Shown here: piece after piece, positions 12,831 through 25,831 of the stretch | Position numbering within the stretch: position 1 is the stretch's first letter | How the letters are laid out: every line of letters begins with the position of its first letter | Source: Lama guanicoe | Taxonomy: Eukaryota | Direction of reading: 5' to 3' | NCBI GenBank assembly: GCA_013239625.1 | Contig: MU054122.1 | Location: 1-64,000 of the forward strand | DNA length: 64,000 nucleotides | Translations under genes and position numbers: made by a program | The notes under the pieces: model-generated | What the model was told of the DNA's origin: nothing | The model's input: only the letters and a program-made list of their open reading frames with translations | Databases searched by the model: none

Positions 12831-15059
12831 ACTTTTTGAAAATTTTAACATCAATATTTTTTTAAATAATTACTTGGTCCAGTAATAACAAATGAGATGC
12901 CAATTAAACCAGGGCACCAAGCATTTAAATTATATTTTTGCTCACTCTTTTTGTGGCCATGTGGTTTTATTTGTAGCATCATTAATGTCTTTAAATTGAA
13001 TTTAGAAGTACATTTAGATAGTAAAATACACATTATTTAGCCCCTGAGTATTCTGTAAGTATAATTAGAAGGAGAAAAAAAATCAGGGACAAAGTAGATC
13101 AACGTCATCACTTGTCTAGAAAATATAGAACCAGATTAAATCTTCTAGAGTGTGGTTACTTTCCTACACCAGAGATTCACTCTTCATTTTGCATCAGTGC
13201 CCCTGAAGGCTGGCATTAGTTTCTCTGAATATACAGAACACAAGTCCTTGGTTACATACTGTTAGAGATAAGTCTGGCAAATATTTAAGTAAACACTCAT
13301 AGAGAGAAATCTCTGGGGGCAAAAAAAAAAAAAGGAATGTTCTGCAGTAAACATTGTGCTTATTCTGTGTTGGTTTAGTCATTTTGGGCTGCTATGAAAT
13401 TCGAAACTTGAAAAAAAATGCATGGTTTCTTTTTTCATGGTGTACAGAAAAAGTGTGGAATCCCCTGGAAAGTATGTAGTGAGTCTATCAGCGGTGCTGT
13501 TGCTAAGGGACCAAAACACAAACAGAAAATTCAAGAAAGCCTCTCTTTTGGCCCAAATCTCAAGGACTACTACAGAAATTGTGCAATATATGATTGGGGA
13601 AGGTCATGGTGATTTGAGGGTTTTTTTTTTTTTCTTTGTAGAACTGTTTCAAAGAGTGGCAGTGGAAATACAGCTCAGACTTTTTCAAACAGTAGCAACA
13701 TGGGAATTGGGATGCCAGACTCGGAAAAGGTCGCCTCTGGTTACAAGACTCAGAGCCAACATGAAGTGAAGGTCAACTGTGTGTACATATATTTTCTGTT
13801 GTCGTCAAGGCGGCAGATAATGTCAGGATTCAGCTTTTCCTTCATCCTGAAATGTCTGCATATTGTCGGTTGCTAATATCTGTTGAGCGGTGCCTCCAAT
13901 TACTAGCACCTTGCTAGGAAATTTGTGAAGCCACAGCAGAAGGAGCCACATGATTTCCTTGAGTAAGTTATCATCCCAATTTTACAAATGTGAGTTAATT
14001 TATAAGCAGATTTTTTTTTATTAGCATCATCCATGAAGAACTTCTCTGCAAAAGAGATGTTAAGTGAGAATTTGCCTTAAATAAAGATCAGACACAGCAT
14101 CATCACACAGAAGTCTGTGCTTTGGTTCTGCACTGAGGCTCTCCTCCCTGTCAGTCTCCCTGCTTAAGCATCCTCTAAGAGTAACACAAAGATGAAAAGG
14201 GCAAAATATCAAATGGGTTGAAGTGGTCAGAATAAGTAAGTCAAGACACAGCAGGAATAAATGTGGAAGAAAGCCCCGTCTGCAGTTAAGGGAATAACTT
14301 TTAAATTACACAGAACTAATGTTTCCTCAAAGCTTCTCTCTTACTTACGTTTCTACCCAAACTGAACAAGATTTCTTTATTTTTTATCACAGTGCGTAAA
14401 CAAACAACCACAGGAGTCTATTCGTTTTACCAAGAGACTGCTTACAGATTTACTGAACAAAGGCCACACCCTCGATCACAGACTCAGCTACTTGCCAGGC
14501 AGGGGGGAGAGGTATTTTATCATTTCTCTCTCTGTGCATTCGATCTGTCACCGCCCAGCAGGAAGTGACACCATGCGATCAATCCGTCACCAGCCGAGAG
14601 AAAAGTCTCTCCCCGAGATGAGGACCAGACGGCGTGATTCCCAGCCCGGCCCTCTGAGTGTGCCCCGGATGCTTGGCTGACCACAACTCAAAAATCACTT
14701 TCATTGTGAGCACCGTACCTCCAAGATGTTGTGAGCTTTTGCAAGGCGCAGGAGCCAGGCTCAGGAGGTTCAACAGGAAATAAAACTCCTGTGGTGCCTC
14801 TTACCAGCTGGTCTCTGACCACCTGCCCTGCCTCGACTTCTGTCTTGCTTTTAGCTCACGAGTTCTCAATTGTTTGTCCATTACCGCCCTTCTAAGGAGG
14901 CTTTTTCGATATTTGCTCCCAATTGCTCCAGAAATTGCATATCACAGATATACTACGTGTCTGCTATGCACTGTATACGTCTGTGCTTATACAGAAAGCG
15001 TACGGTATTTTCAGCCTCCCAAGAAGCAGCCTCCACCCCCTGGGCTTCGTACTGAGGAC

Positions 15060-15812
15060 GTTCGCTCTAGTTGAAATGCTGCCTGTTGAAATCCCTCCTG
15101 CTTCTACTCAGAAATGTCTTCCTCTCCCAGATAGCTGTCTGGCTGGTGGATTCTTGTTTACTCTTTAAAACTCAGCTCAAGTATCCTAGCTGCCTGGAGG
15201 GCCTCTCAGACTCCCTGAGGCTATCCTGAGCCTCCTCTGGGCCCCCACAGTGTCACGGGTGATGGATTCTACACCGGGCTCATCTGTCTGACTCCACGAC
15301 TGCATGATTAACTCCCGCAATCAAGGACACTCTCTCCTCCTCCTCCGACGTGGCCTGAATTGTCACATTGAAGCTCTGACCCTCAGTACCCCAGAATGTG
15401 ACTGTGTGCGGACGTGGGCTGTTACGGAGGTGATGAAGTCAGAATAAGGCTCCTAGAGCAGGGCCCTCGTCCAATCTGGCTGGCCCCCTCACATGAGGAG
15501 GAAATCCGGGCACACACAGGGATGGCAGTAAGCCGCCGAGGCAAGGCCAGGTGAGCACACAGCGAGAAGGCCGCCACCTTCAAGCCAAGCAGAGAGGCCT
15601 CTGGAAAAGCCAAATCTGCCGACACCTTGGACTTGTAGCCTCCAGAGCCGTGAGAAAATTAATTTCTGCTGTTTAAGGCCCCCAATCTGTGGTATTTCGT
15701 TATGGCGGCCTGAGCAGATGAACACGCTCTCTGTATTCTGTAAACACCAAGCCCAGAACCTGGTTGTGAATAAATACATGCTGGGTGGTTGCTGGAACGC
15801 ATGACTGAATGC
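15060..15812 (+). mobile_element. L2 3' end interrupted by an MLT1 LTR
   Basis: L2-like ctctttaaaactcagctcaagtatc...cctctcagactccc before the LTR; L2 tail cccagaacctgg...aataaatac...tgactgaatg after it. Confidence 0.55.
15350..15724 (+). mobile_element. MaLR solo LTR (MLT1B-like)
   Basis: ccctcagtaccccagaatgtgactgt...caagccaagcagagaggcctc...gccgacaccttggacttgtagcctccagagccgtgagaaaattaatttctgctgtttaag...tttcgttatggcggcctgagcagatgaaca. Confidence 0.85.
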
Positions 15813-17669
15813 GGACGTGTCCTCAGTGAACACCTGCTCCCAGGGGCCACGAGGAGTCGCTGCCACACCACGCACAACGCAAAGTGTCTGCTGTTTGGAG
15901 GGAGGCCCACAAATCCCCCCCCAGCCCAGTTTACCGACCCTCACACCCCACGGGGGAGGCGGGTACCCAGCATCCACGTATAAGGCCGTCGGATGGATGA
16001 TGGAATCGCAAAAGATAAACCCTTTGTCCTCAAAGAGTGAACCTCCCAGAAGCCCCAGCACACGTACTGTAAGTCACAAAAGGAAGAAAAATGACGGATT
16101 GGAAGGAATTCCCCTGAAAGACCGACAATAGCAAAGGCTATGGAAATGACCGCGTCAGGGAAGAGAACTCAGGGACGGCTTACAAGAAACGCTGCTGACC
16201 TGGAGGAGGGTCTTTGCCAGAGCTCGAAAGATTTATTTTTGAAGAGCGCTTTGCTACAAGACCGCACGTCCACAGGTCGTCAAGAAGGCGCTGGCCCACG
16301 TCTAAACCGGGCCAGCCACAGAGGGGCTGGACATGCTTTTTAGAAACCCGGAGCCGGTTTCTGAAAAAAACACCCTCAAGTCCTGAGAAATCTCGTTAAT
16401 AGTTGAAAGGCTGATCAAATGGAGCCAGACCCCATTCAGGAGGGTGATGTCATCTCTCTCCCCGAAGAAAAGGCCACACTCGCCTTTGTGAGAACCCAGG
16501 GTGACATCACCTCCCCAGCCATGCACTTCGCCCTTCCTCTGCTCCTCCCCGTCCAGGGGTTTTCTCCCTTTGCAAATGTCCCTCTTTCACTCACAAAGCT
16601 CCTTGACCTTGTTTGTACGCAACCCGGATTCCACTGCCAAGGGAAAGAGGGCCCCTGGGAGGGGTGACCAGAGGAGGCGAGGGGTGTGCACAGCTGGCCT
16701 GGAGGCTCCTATTCACATGGCTTACAGAAAGTTCCACACTCCCTCCGGCAACCCAGACGAAGGCCCCCAAGGCCGAATTCAGCCCCTGGACAATGCTGTC
16801 AGCACTGAATGCATTTAGCCAGGCAGGGCAACTGTGGCCATTTCTTTCTTTCCAGAGAGGGGTTCTCTTTGATGGTTCGCACAAAGGCAAGGCCGTGTGG
16901 TTTCATTTCACATCTACCGCGTCACTTTCAACATGGGCCCAGGAAAGAAAGCCCGATTGTAGATCCATCTTCTCAAAGCAAACAGAAGGTTTGTGCGGGC
17001 GACAAAGAGGCACGTACTGGGAAGGGGTTCACTGACGGACTGGCAACGTGAATGAGGTGCCTGGGGACTCTTCATCAGCCGCAGGGACTGGGAGGCGATG
17101 CCATGAAGATTCTGAACATGTCATGAAGAGTTTTCAGCTGTTGTCACCTCACGGTTTGGAAAAGAGTGGGAGCCGAGAAAGGACCAGAAATGAGATGTGA
17201 TTCCAGTGAAAAGAGGCTGGGAGTTTAAAGGCAGCTGCTCTGGGCCTGGTGAGGAGAGCCGCTCCCGGCCTGCCTGCGTCGGGCGGGGTGTCCCCAGCCC
17301 TGGCACTTGGCCTTGACTCTGAGGTGGAGGTCTTCCTGCAGGGGCTGGGCCGAGACACAGTTTCTGAATTCCACTCACTCACGTGCACGTGCACCCACGA
17401 ACACACAGCCAAGGGTATTTCTATTACATTTTAAAACTGAGGCTGGTTTTTCCAGTGGATCTGGGATCTTGTATGTATTTGTTTGTTGTATTCGAATCCC
17501 ACAGCACACCGTGTCGCTTCAGATCCTACTCAAAACTCTTTTCTCTGAAACCTGCAGGGTTTACAAGAAAGAGAGGGTGGGGCTCCTCTCCCTGCCCGAG
17601 CCCCTGTCTGTGAAGGACCCAGGCCACTGCTTCCCTCTCCAGCAGCTCCTTCAGCAAAAACTCTTTGCC

Positions 17670-17895
17670 TTTTTTTTTTTTTGGAAGTATATTTAATTTA
17701 CAATGTCATTTTAGTTTCTGGTGTACTGCATAGTGACTCAGTTAAGCATAGTGACTCGGTTGTATATGCATTATTTTATATATATATATATATATATTCC
17801 TTTTCAAATTCCTTTCCATCTTAGGTTATTACAAAATATTGAATACCGTGCTCTGTGCCACCAGCAGGACCTTGTTGTTGATCTATCTTATATAT
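17670..17895 (-). mobile_element. L1 3' end (artiodactyl type)
   Basis: Poly-T followed by gaagtatatttaatttacaatgt...tttctggtgtactgcatagtgactcagtt...aggttattacaaaatattgaata. Confidence 0.8.
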
Positions 17896-18310
17896 CATGC
17901 TGGACCTCAGCCTCCCTGGACTTGCGGGTGCCCGTGCTACCCTGCTCTCTCCCACCACAGGGTCTTTCTTCTACCAGGAATCCTCTTCCTTCCCCATTTG
18001 CCTCCTTGACTCCTGCTTATTCTTGGATTGGAGTTCACAAGTCCTGTTCTCACGCAGGGCTGCTCTGGCTTCCCGTCCGGGTCCAGCCCCCTTCTGTGCT
18101 CCCGTGACACGTATCCCACTTTTGCTTTTTTATCTACTTGTGTGCTTATTTGCTTGATGGCTACTCCTCCCGATCGCCTGTAAGCTCTAGGAGAGTAGGA
18201 GCCAGGCGTGCTGGGTGGATTCACACATTGTCCCCTACCCGAGCTCAGCACCTGGCCCGAAACAGTTCCTTCCTGAATATCTGTGGCAAGAACACATGGA
18301 TGACTGGGAA
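17896..18310 (+). mobile_element. L2 3' end
   Basis: tgtaagctctaggagagtaggagcc...ccctacccgagctcagcacctggccc...tgaatatctgtgg. Confidence 0.6.
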
Positions 18311-19055
18311 ATCAGATTTATGTCTTCAGCTTACCAACAATGGGTAAGAAGTGAGGGAACTTCCCCCATCAAAGACCTCTTCCCTGACCCTTGCCTTTTC
18401 TGTTGGCCCCTCTTCTCAGGCTATCTCCAGTTAAAAACCTAGTTTAGATGCAAACTATAAACTCTGCCTACTTGTAGCATTGTGTTAACTATAGTATATG
18501 ACAGTTAATTTTGCACAGATCCAGACGGCTAACAAAGCCCTTCCAGAAGTTTCTCCCCAAGCGTAACTGATATCTCATGGGCAACACAGAGTTAAAAAAA
18601 AATTGTTCAGTTCTGGTCCCCTCTGGCAAAATTCTGTTGCACAACTCTGGTTCCAAGCTTAGCCAGATTTCAGCAATTGGGAGTAAGTTTTGAAATAGTA
18701 AACAGGAAAAGAGGATAGACAGAGGCTGTCTTTGACTCTCCCAAAGGAAGACAGGTTCCAAATGGAACTGGAAGAAGAAAATTTTCCTAACCCAAACTCA
18801 GAGCTTGCAGCAGACGATTCAGCCATGTCTAGCATATTGGCTGGAGGAAGCCAGTGACACAGCCATCCAGTGTGGCCAGTAATGACCATTAAATCACACT
18901 CCTTAGTGTGACCTTAGTGATACAGTCACCCACTGTAGCCAGTAATGATCATTCAGCCATGTCCTTCGTGTGGCCTTGGGTCAGCATGGCTAGGACAGCC
19001 TGGAGGGGAGAGGAGGCAGCCCGCTGAGGAGAAAGATGTCAGCAGCAAAATAAAT

Positions 19056-19545
19056 CACTGTTCCTGAGATTTTCGATCCTAGCTGCATGGCAGAATTACT
19101 TAGGGAGCTTTTTAAAATTAGCTATAGTCAAAGTCCTACCGCAGGTCAACTGAATCCTATCCCTGCAGGTTAGAACACAGGCATGGGGACTGTTTAAAAC
19201 TCCCAGGTGATTCCAACGTGTATCTAGGGCCAAGAACCACTCCCTCTAGGTCCTGAGCCTCGGTCTCCTGGTTAGCATCTCTTACTTTCCACCGTCTGTC
19301 TCAGTGTCAGTAGGAAACGAGCTGGGGCCCCTGTGAGAAAGAACCTCACCGCTCCCAAGATCAAAGAGGAGAAAGCTCTCAAAGCTTGGTCTATGGAAAA
19401 GCCCCATCAGCATCGCCTGGGAGCTTTTCAGAAATGCAGACGCATGGGCCTTACTTAGCACCTGCTTCCCCTCCCCCATCAGAATCTGCATTTTGGCAAG
19501 ATTCATGCATAGACACATGAAAGTTCGAGGAACACTGTTCTGGAA
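19056..19545. mobile_element. Two MER5-type hAT-Charlie MITEs (~19056-19243, ~19372-19545)
   Basis: ctcccaggtgattccaacgtg...agaaccact; catcagcatcgcctgggagcttttcagaaatgcaga...atcagaatctgcattttggcaag. Confidence 0.7.
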
Positions 19546-20231
19546 AAAAACCACCTTCACCCTTGAAAATCTGGGTCATTTCCCAAGATTTTCCTGTTTC
19601 TTCTAGGTCTTTCCGCACTGTCTCGTTTCCTTAGAATCAGGCCATTTCTGAATCACACAATACGAGAGATGGGCTGTGTTACAGAGATGAATCGATCCAG
19701 TCCCTTCACTTACTAGATCAATAAGTTAACATTCCAAGGTTAAATCTACCTCCTTGATGGAGAGGACAGTCCAGAGCTTCCACAAACTCAGTTACTTTGG
19801 GAACTCATAATCTGTATTCCAAGCTGTAAGTAGCTGTGGATTACCACTGAATATTTTTAAATACTGAAAAAACCCATACTTACAGTGTAATGAAATACAC
19901 TCAGTCTCCAGTTCATAATAACTGAATGTCTCACACTCTCAAGTATATAATAGGGCTATTCAGTTGTGTACAGTGCTGAGAGGCATATAATAAATGCACT
20001 ATGATGTTACCAGCCCTCAAGAGTCAGCATTCCTGTGCGCTCACTGTGGTGTCAGCCCTGATTGCGACAGTGGGAGCTTAGAATGTGTGTGTGTGATTCC
20101 CGAAATAACATGACAACCCCACTTCTCTTCCAAATCGACTGCCTCATGCTCGAAGCCCTAAGCCTTTGGCTGAGAACCGCTCATATACTCACAAGGACTT
20201 TATTTTTCAGGTCTAGATCACCCTAGGAGAG

Positions 20232-20402
20232 TTGGGTCTCCAACTGCGCTCACCAGGGAGACTAGTTAAGATGCAGATTATTGGGCTTCCCTTCAGAGTT
20301 TATGATTCTTTAGGTCTGGGATGGGGCCCAAGAATCTGCAATTCTAACAAATTCCATGTGATGAGGATGCTGCTTTGGGGGACCACGTTTTGAGAATCAT
20401 TG
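20232..20402. mobile_element. MER5A-like MITE
   Basis: gttaagatgcagattattgggc...taggtctggggatggggcccaagaatctgcaattctaacaaattcc...gaccacgttttgagaatcattg. Confidence 0.75.
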
Positions 20403-21086
20403 ATGTGCGGCCCTCTCCCTTGAGGTTGAGCCACATGAGGTCAGTCTAGACGTTTCAGAACTTGTGTTTAATACGAATTTTCACCTTCAGAGGAATGATG
20501 ACCCCTACTCGTTTTCTGAACCACTAATTCGTAGGTAGGCTCTTGCACGCCCCGTACTGTATCTGGCAGGTACAACACCGTCCTTGGCTTAGTGCATCAC
20601 CAGCTTAAGTTTTCTGCCCAGGCTCCCCTCCCAGCCCAGTCCTCACCCTCCCTCTTCTCTCTCTGATTGACTCATTCTTCCCCTTTGATCCTTGTGACTC
20701 CTCTGCTCAGTGTCAGAATGAGTCTTAAATCTCATTCTATTCCACTCCCTCTGAGACTTCCCCCTCAACTTGCAATCTGCCTGCCACACCCAGGTACTGG
20801 TCTTCTCCCCGAGAAACTTCACCAGCTCCCTCCCTGCTCTTGAGCAATTTACTCCTGAACCTACTTAGCTGTCCAAATCCTGTCCACCTGGACTTCACTT
20901 CCTGTCTTAACCCTAAGAGGACCTAACTCACCAAGAGCCACCAATGTCTGAGTACACTAGCACCAGATTACCACCCGGGTCCCACCATTTGTGAACGGCA
21001 TTGTTTCCAAATACAGAATTGCAAAGGGAACAGTTCTTGGACAAATAGTAACCACCAAATAAAGCTGAGATCAGCATGGGGCTTAC

Positions 21087-21237
21087 CGTGGATGAACCAC
21101 TGCATCTGAAATCCTTTCTCACGGCCACCAACCCCATCGGTGTGGAACAGCACATGAAGCTTGGGGCCGGTGGTGCCTCCTGCAGGTGGCGTGTCTGCGC
21201 CGCAGTAGCGCCCCATCCGCCGTGCGCCATCGTAGAG
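21087..21237 (-). CDS. CUBN: Cubilin exon 28-equivalent (151 nt), C-terminal part of CUB8
   Basis: [50 protein letters not shown](G), overlapping ORF 20968..21216. Acceptor tttcAG, donor GTaagc. Confidence 0.96.
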
Positions 21238-21539
21238 CTGAAATCAGAGAGACACTTCCCAATGTAAGAAAGCTCCACTGGGGCTGTCAGATGTAAAAAG
21301 TAAAGTCTTCTCATGGAGTGAAAGCTGTTTCTTGGTTCAAAAGTTAAGGGCAAATCTACTGAGGTGGGTGGAGTACAGAAATTAAAACAGATCTTTGTAG
21401 ACCAAGAGAGATCCCCTCCGAAGTCTAATCCAGGGACAGAAGGAGGAAATGCTGGGCCAATGAGATGTGTTCACATGTTAATCACACGTAAGAGATGCCT
21501 AATGAATTAACAGTAAAATAATTGTGAGCTATAAATTTT

Positions 21540-22290
21540 AAAAATAAATACTAGATGATGAACAGTTACACATTTTAGAGAGCTATGAAAAGGAAAATAC
21601 AAAGATACAAAAATTAATCCCACTGAAGATAACCACTGTAAATACCAGAAGTTTCTCTTGCCAACCTCTTTTTTCATTTGTTTATATATATGCATGTAAA
21701 TATGTGTGCAGGCGTATATGTGTGTGTATTAATTTGGGCTACACATTTAATTGCGTTCCCTGTTTTTCACTAAGCATGTCACTAAATTGTCTATGTAAAT
21801 ATTTTTAATGGTGGCTAAAATGCCGCTAGTATACTGTATTCACATTACAATTCTGCTATTGTTCACTTAGGATATTTCCAATTTGGGGGCCAATAATTGC
21901 AAATCTTTGTTAGATATTTCAAATTTATCTCAGGAAAGATTCCTAGAAGGGGAATGAATCAAAGAGTATAATCTTTTCTGGCTCTAGATATATATTATTA
22001 AATTTCTTACCAGAGAGTTTATATCAATTTATTCTCCCATTGGCAGTTTATAGACATATTTATTGCAGTGGATCTTTGGCCATTTTGACAGCTTTTATTT
22101 TTAAAGCTGGGGCTAATAGTGAAAATTTGTTTTCTTTTTGGAATTGTCTCAATTTGTTACTTTGAGACTGAAGGGTTTTTTTTTTTTTGCATGTTTCTTG
22201 GGCATTTCTGTTTCTTCTCTTGGAACTTTTCTGCTGAGGTCTTTGTCCATTTCCCCACTGAGGTATTTCTCCGTCCTGTTGTGTATTGGA
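21540..22290 (-). mobile_element. Old L1 fragment (L1ME-like)
   Basis: ttatctcaggaaagattcctagaagggga...tatatcaatttattctcccattggcagt...ctttgtccatttccccactg. Confidence 0.65.
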
Positions 22291-25120
22291 CATCATCGAA
22301 TTATCTTACTTAATAATTTCATCAGATACACATCTCCAAACTAAAAGCATAAACCTCTCTGTCGTATCTCTTCAGTCAGGAAGAAATAATGATAATCCCA
22401 AAAAGATCGGCTTCGTCATGACTCAGGCCAATATATTTTCTCTTAATCCTTTAAAATCCACATTAAACACTTTGTTCCAGTTACCCTTGGGATGAGCTGC
22501 CCATTGTAATTAAAAGGAAAATGTCTGGTCATAGGCATGCAGACTTCCTATATCGAAATTCTCTTGGAGAGCACACGCGTGTGAGTGTGCATGTTTGTGT
22601 CTGTACGTAAATGTATAATCTGGTTTCAATAAATTCCAAACTGACCAAATTATTTTTAGCTCCTGAAATGCTACGGTATAAGTTACTGTTTGAAACGTGT
22701 TGATTGGAGCATGGAAAACTTTATCATCAAATTCCACAAAGGCCCTCCATGGAGCCTGCCCTAATCCCTGTCACCCGTCATGAATTGGTTTTCCTTTGAC
22801 ACCTCTCAGCTTTTCATTCCCCTTTGTGGAAACAGTCACATTCCGGTTATATAGGCATGTGCCCGCCTCCCTTACTCATGATGAGTTTCCTTCAAGCCCA
22901 GACCGCCTCTCACATCCCCCCTCACTGCCCAGCACAGGGCTTTGACCCGGGATAGATTCCCAGCATGTCTTCAGTGAAGGAACATGATGATTTCCCCCAC
23001 AGCTGCATTTATTTTAACAGGACTTAAACCTGCACGTTACTTGAACCTTGCACAGTGAGCTACCCATTAGGATCTTACAGTCTGAAATTTCAGCTTGCTG
23101 CTTTCAGGCAGCAAAGGGTCTGCATCTTTTGTGGCCACTCTGCAGAAGGAGAGACCAGGCAGGGCCTCATTCAAGGTCGTAACAAATCGCAGCTTTCTAA
23201 ATTCGGGCTGTCTTGCTGAGTTCTCAACACAGCCTGCTTATCAGACATACGTGCTTGTGTGACATGATGGGGGGGGAAGGTCAGCAGAGATTTCAAAAGA
23301 GAAACTCAGAAGTCCATGATATCACTCACCCTTAAGTACTGAAGCTGAGCGTTTTAAGTAAATGAATGAAGATGGGGTTTATTTTTCAGGCTTCTCCCTT
23401 GAGCTTCCTTTTAATTTTTTTAATATTGCTTCTTTAAATATGTCTATTTATTATCAAGTTTCTAATATTCTCGATGGTCAACAGAAATCATGAGACAGAA
23501 AAAATGAGAGAAAGAATAAAGCCACACAGAAAGAAGAAGGAACAACAGATCCCTTCACCTCCCACCCCGGCCCCACCATCTTCCGGCCCCACCATCCCTG
23601 GCAGGAGGTGGAGGTCGGGAGAGTCTGTGTTGTAATCTGTTTACTCCTAACCTGCTGCTTCGCTGTAGGGGATGTAACTGAGCCACAGAGTTTTTATTAA
23701 ACTTAGTGCACGAATTCCAATTCAAAACTAATTAACACAAAAATAAACATACTGTTCCCAGGCCGAGGCAGAATAAGCGAGAAAATGCTCTACTGTTTTC
23801 CACTCCAAAAGGCTCATTCCTGAACTGTGGATGGTAGTGCAGTGAACAAAACTTTAATTATTTCATCTTTATCTAACAAAACACAAGGTCAGGTTTCTCT
23901 GGAACCGGAATCGCTCAAAGCTTCCTGGATCTTCTGAAACACTAGGTAGGGTAAACATTTTGAGAAACCATATTTTAGATTCTGTGCAAAGCTATAAGCA
24001 GTACCATATTTCTGTCTCCCAGCTCAGCAAGGTTAAGAAACCTGACATTTTCACAAGACTTGGAAGGTTTTTTCCCCCCCTTCCTTCCGGATAGGATTAC
24101 TTCACTGAAGGAGAGCCCCTGAATCCCAGCGGTCCTTAAATAACACATTTTGAATGGGATGGAGGTGGGGGAAGGGGGCGGGGGAAATAACAATTAGTTT
24201 CTTTTTGCCTTTGGAGGGGAGAGAATGATGCATTGAGGTAAACCTCAAATAGACATTGATGAAAATACTTAAATATAATGTCAAATAAATTAATGAATTC
24301 ATTAGTGTTGAACAATATCTCTCTACCAAAAAAACAAAAAAACAAAAAAACCCATACCCCCAATTTTGTGTCCTTCTAACGTTTACACTTAATTAAATCA
24401 GGAGGTTTTGTTTATATTCGCACAGATGGCTAACGTCACCTCAACAATCTATTCCCGCGTAAATGTACCACACAAAAAGAAACAGTCGTTTTTCAAAGTA
24501 CACAAATACTGGTTACCGTGGAAACCAGTTGGTGCCTGCTGCTCCTGATTCCGTTTTCAGAGCAGAACTTCAACCACAGGACATTCCAGCTGTGACTCAC
24601 TGGGAGTACTGGCAAGCACACTGGCTTGGTCCTGCTAAGGGTACAATCGCCCCTGCTTTTAGAAAGCCTCAAGATTGACTCCATCTGAACCGTATTTGAG
24701 GCTGGAATTGAGGCCATAGAAACTGGTAGCAATTAAGAAGAGAAAGATTGAGATTCTTACTTTGAATAGGCAGATCTAATTTGCATAAATGTGTTTAGAA
24801 GTTTGGGGTTTTTATTGCTGACATTTTCAAGTTGGCCATTAGCTGTATCTTCAAATATGGAGATGTGAATATTTAAAATTCCCCATGTAGACCTTTTATG
24901 GTTATTCTCTTAAGGGGACGATTCATTTAGGACTTTTATGTTTTAGCTCCTCCACCCCCATGCCACCCTGAAATATCTCAACCACTCTTAAGACACTCAA
25001 AGAGGAAGGAAATCTCTTGCCTAAGCCACATTTACCAATTTCTATCTACTTCCTTTGCATAGGTTTGATAATTTCATGCAGGCATAGTTTACTAGACCAT
25101 TAGAGACTTCAGGCTACAGT

Positions 25121-25831
25121 TGCAATATGAAATGGTCATGGACCGTGGACTCCTAAATATTAAGAACCCATACATACACGGAGGAAGATATAAAACCAAA
25201 GACACATCACTTGTTAGACAAGGCAGGTAGCTAGATATGAGCAGAGAAAGAAGGACATGGGCAAATGGCAGAAAATCATACATTTTGTGAACAAAGGGGG
25301 TCCTTGGACTGACTAAGAAAAACAGGATCCTCTGGATTAATAAAAAACCATACCTCTTGGTTGATAAGTGTCCTGGAGGCAGAAGGGTAGGGCAAGACAG
25401 GAATCCTCACCATCTGAATGTAACCTTTCAATCATTATGACCTATGTCCAACTATAACCTTTTGCTTATGATACCCCCATGTGAATGTAAACTTTTGTTC
25501 ATTATTACCTCACCCAACTTCCTGATCAAGACTAAATAAGGATGAAAAATCCCTCTTTCCCACCTGGGAAGGTGGAGCTGGGATGAAGAGCAAGAAAGAT
25601 GACCCCAAACCCCTCCCCACCGATGAACATTCTGTGCATTCATTTTTACAGTCATATAATGAGCTTGCCAAGGAAACCTGGGGCAGCCACCCACCTGGGT
25701 CTGCCTGCTCTTTCCTCTAGAGTGAATTACCTGTCTCTTAATAAATCCTTACTTTGCTTTCTTAACCTCCACATCTTGTCTCTAAATTCTTTCTGTGACA
25801 ACAAAAACCTCTCAACCCCAGCACACTGACA
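25121..25831 (+). mobile_element. ERV1-type solo LTR (~710 bp), family not identified
   Basis: TG...CA termini; TATA-like catataa at ~25653; AATAAA at 25740; U5-like tail cttgtctctaaattctttctgtgacaacaaaaacctctc...ctgaca; imperfect 4-bp flanks cagt/gagt. The 5' boundary is uncertain. Confidence 0.7.

Noticed and set aside
13418..13769. 115-aa ORF and X-box-like GTTGCTAAGGGAC (13499-13511)
   Set aside because: The ORF crosses a poly-T run and shows no homology; the motif is only a partial RFX match.
15422..17696. Dense overlapping ORFs on both strands
   Set aside because: Explained by high local GC (few stop codons) and MLT1/L2 sequence; none resembles a protein family.
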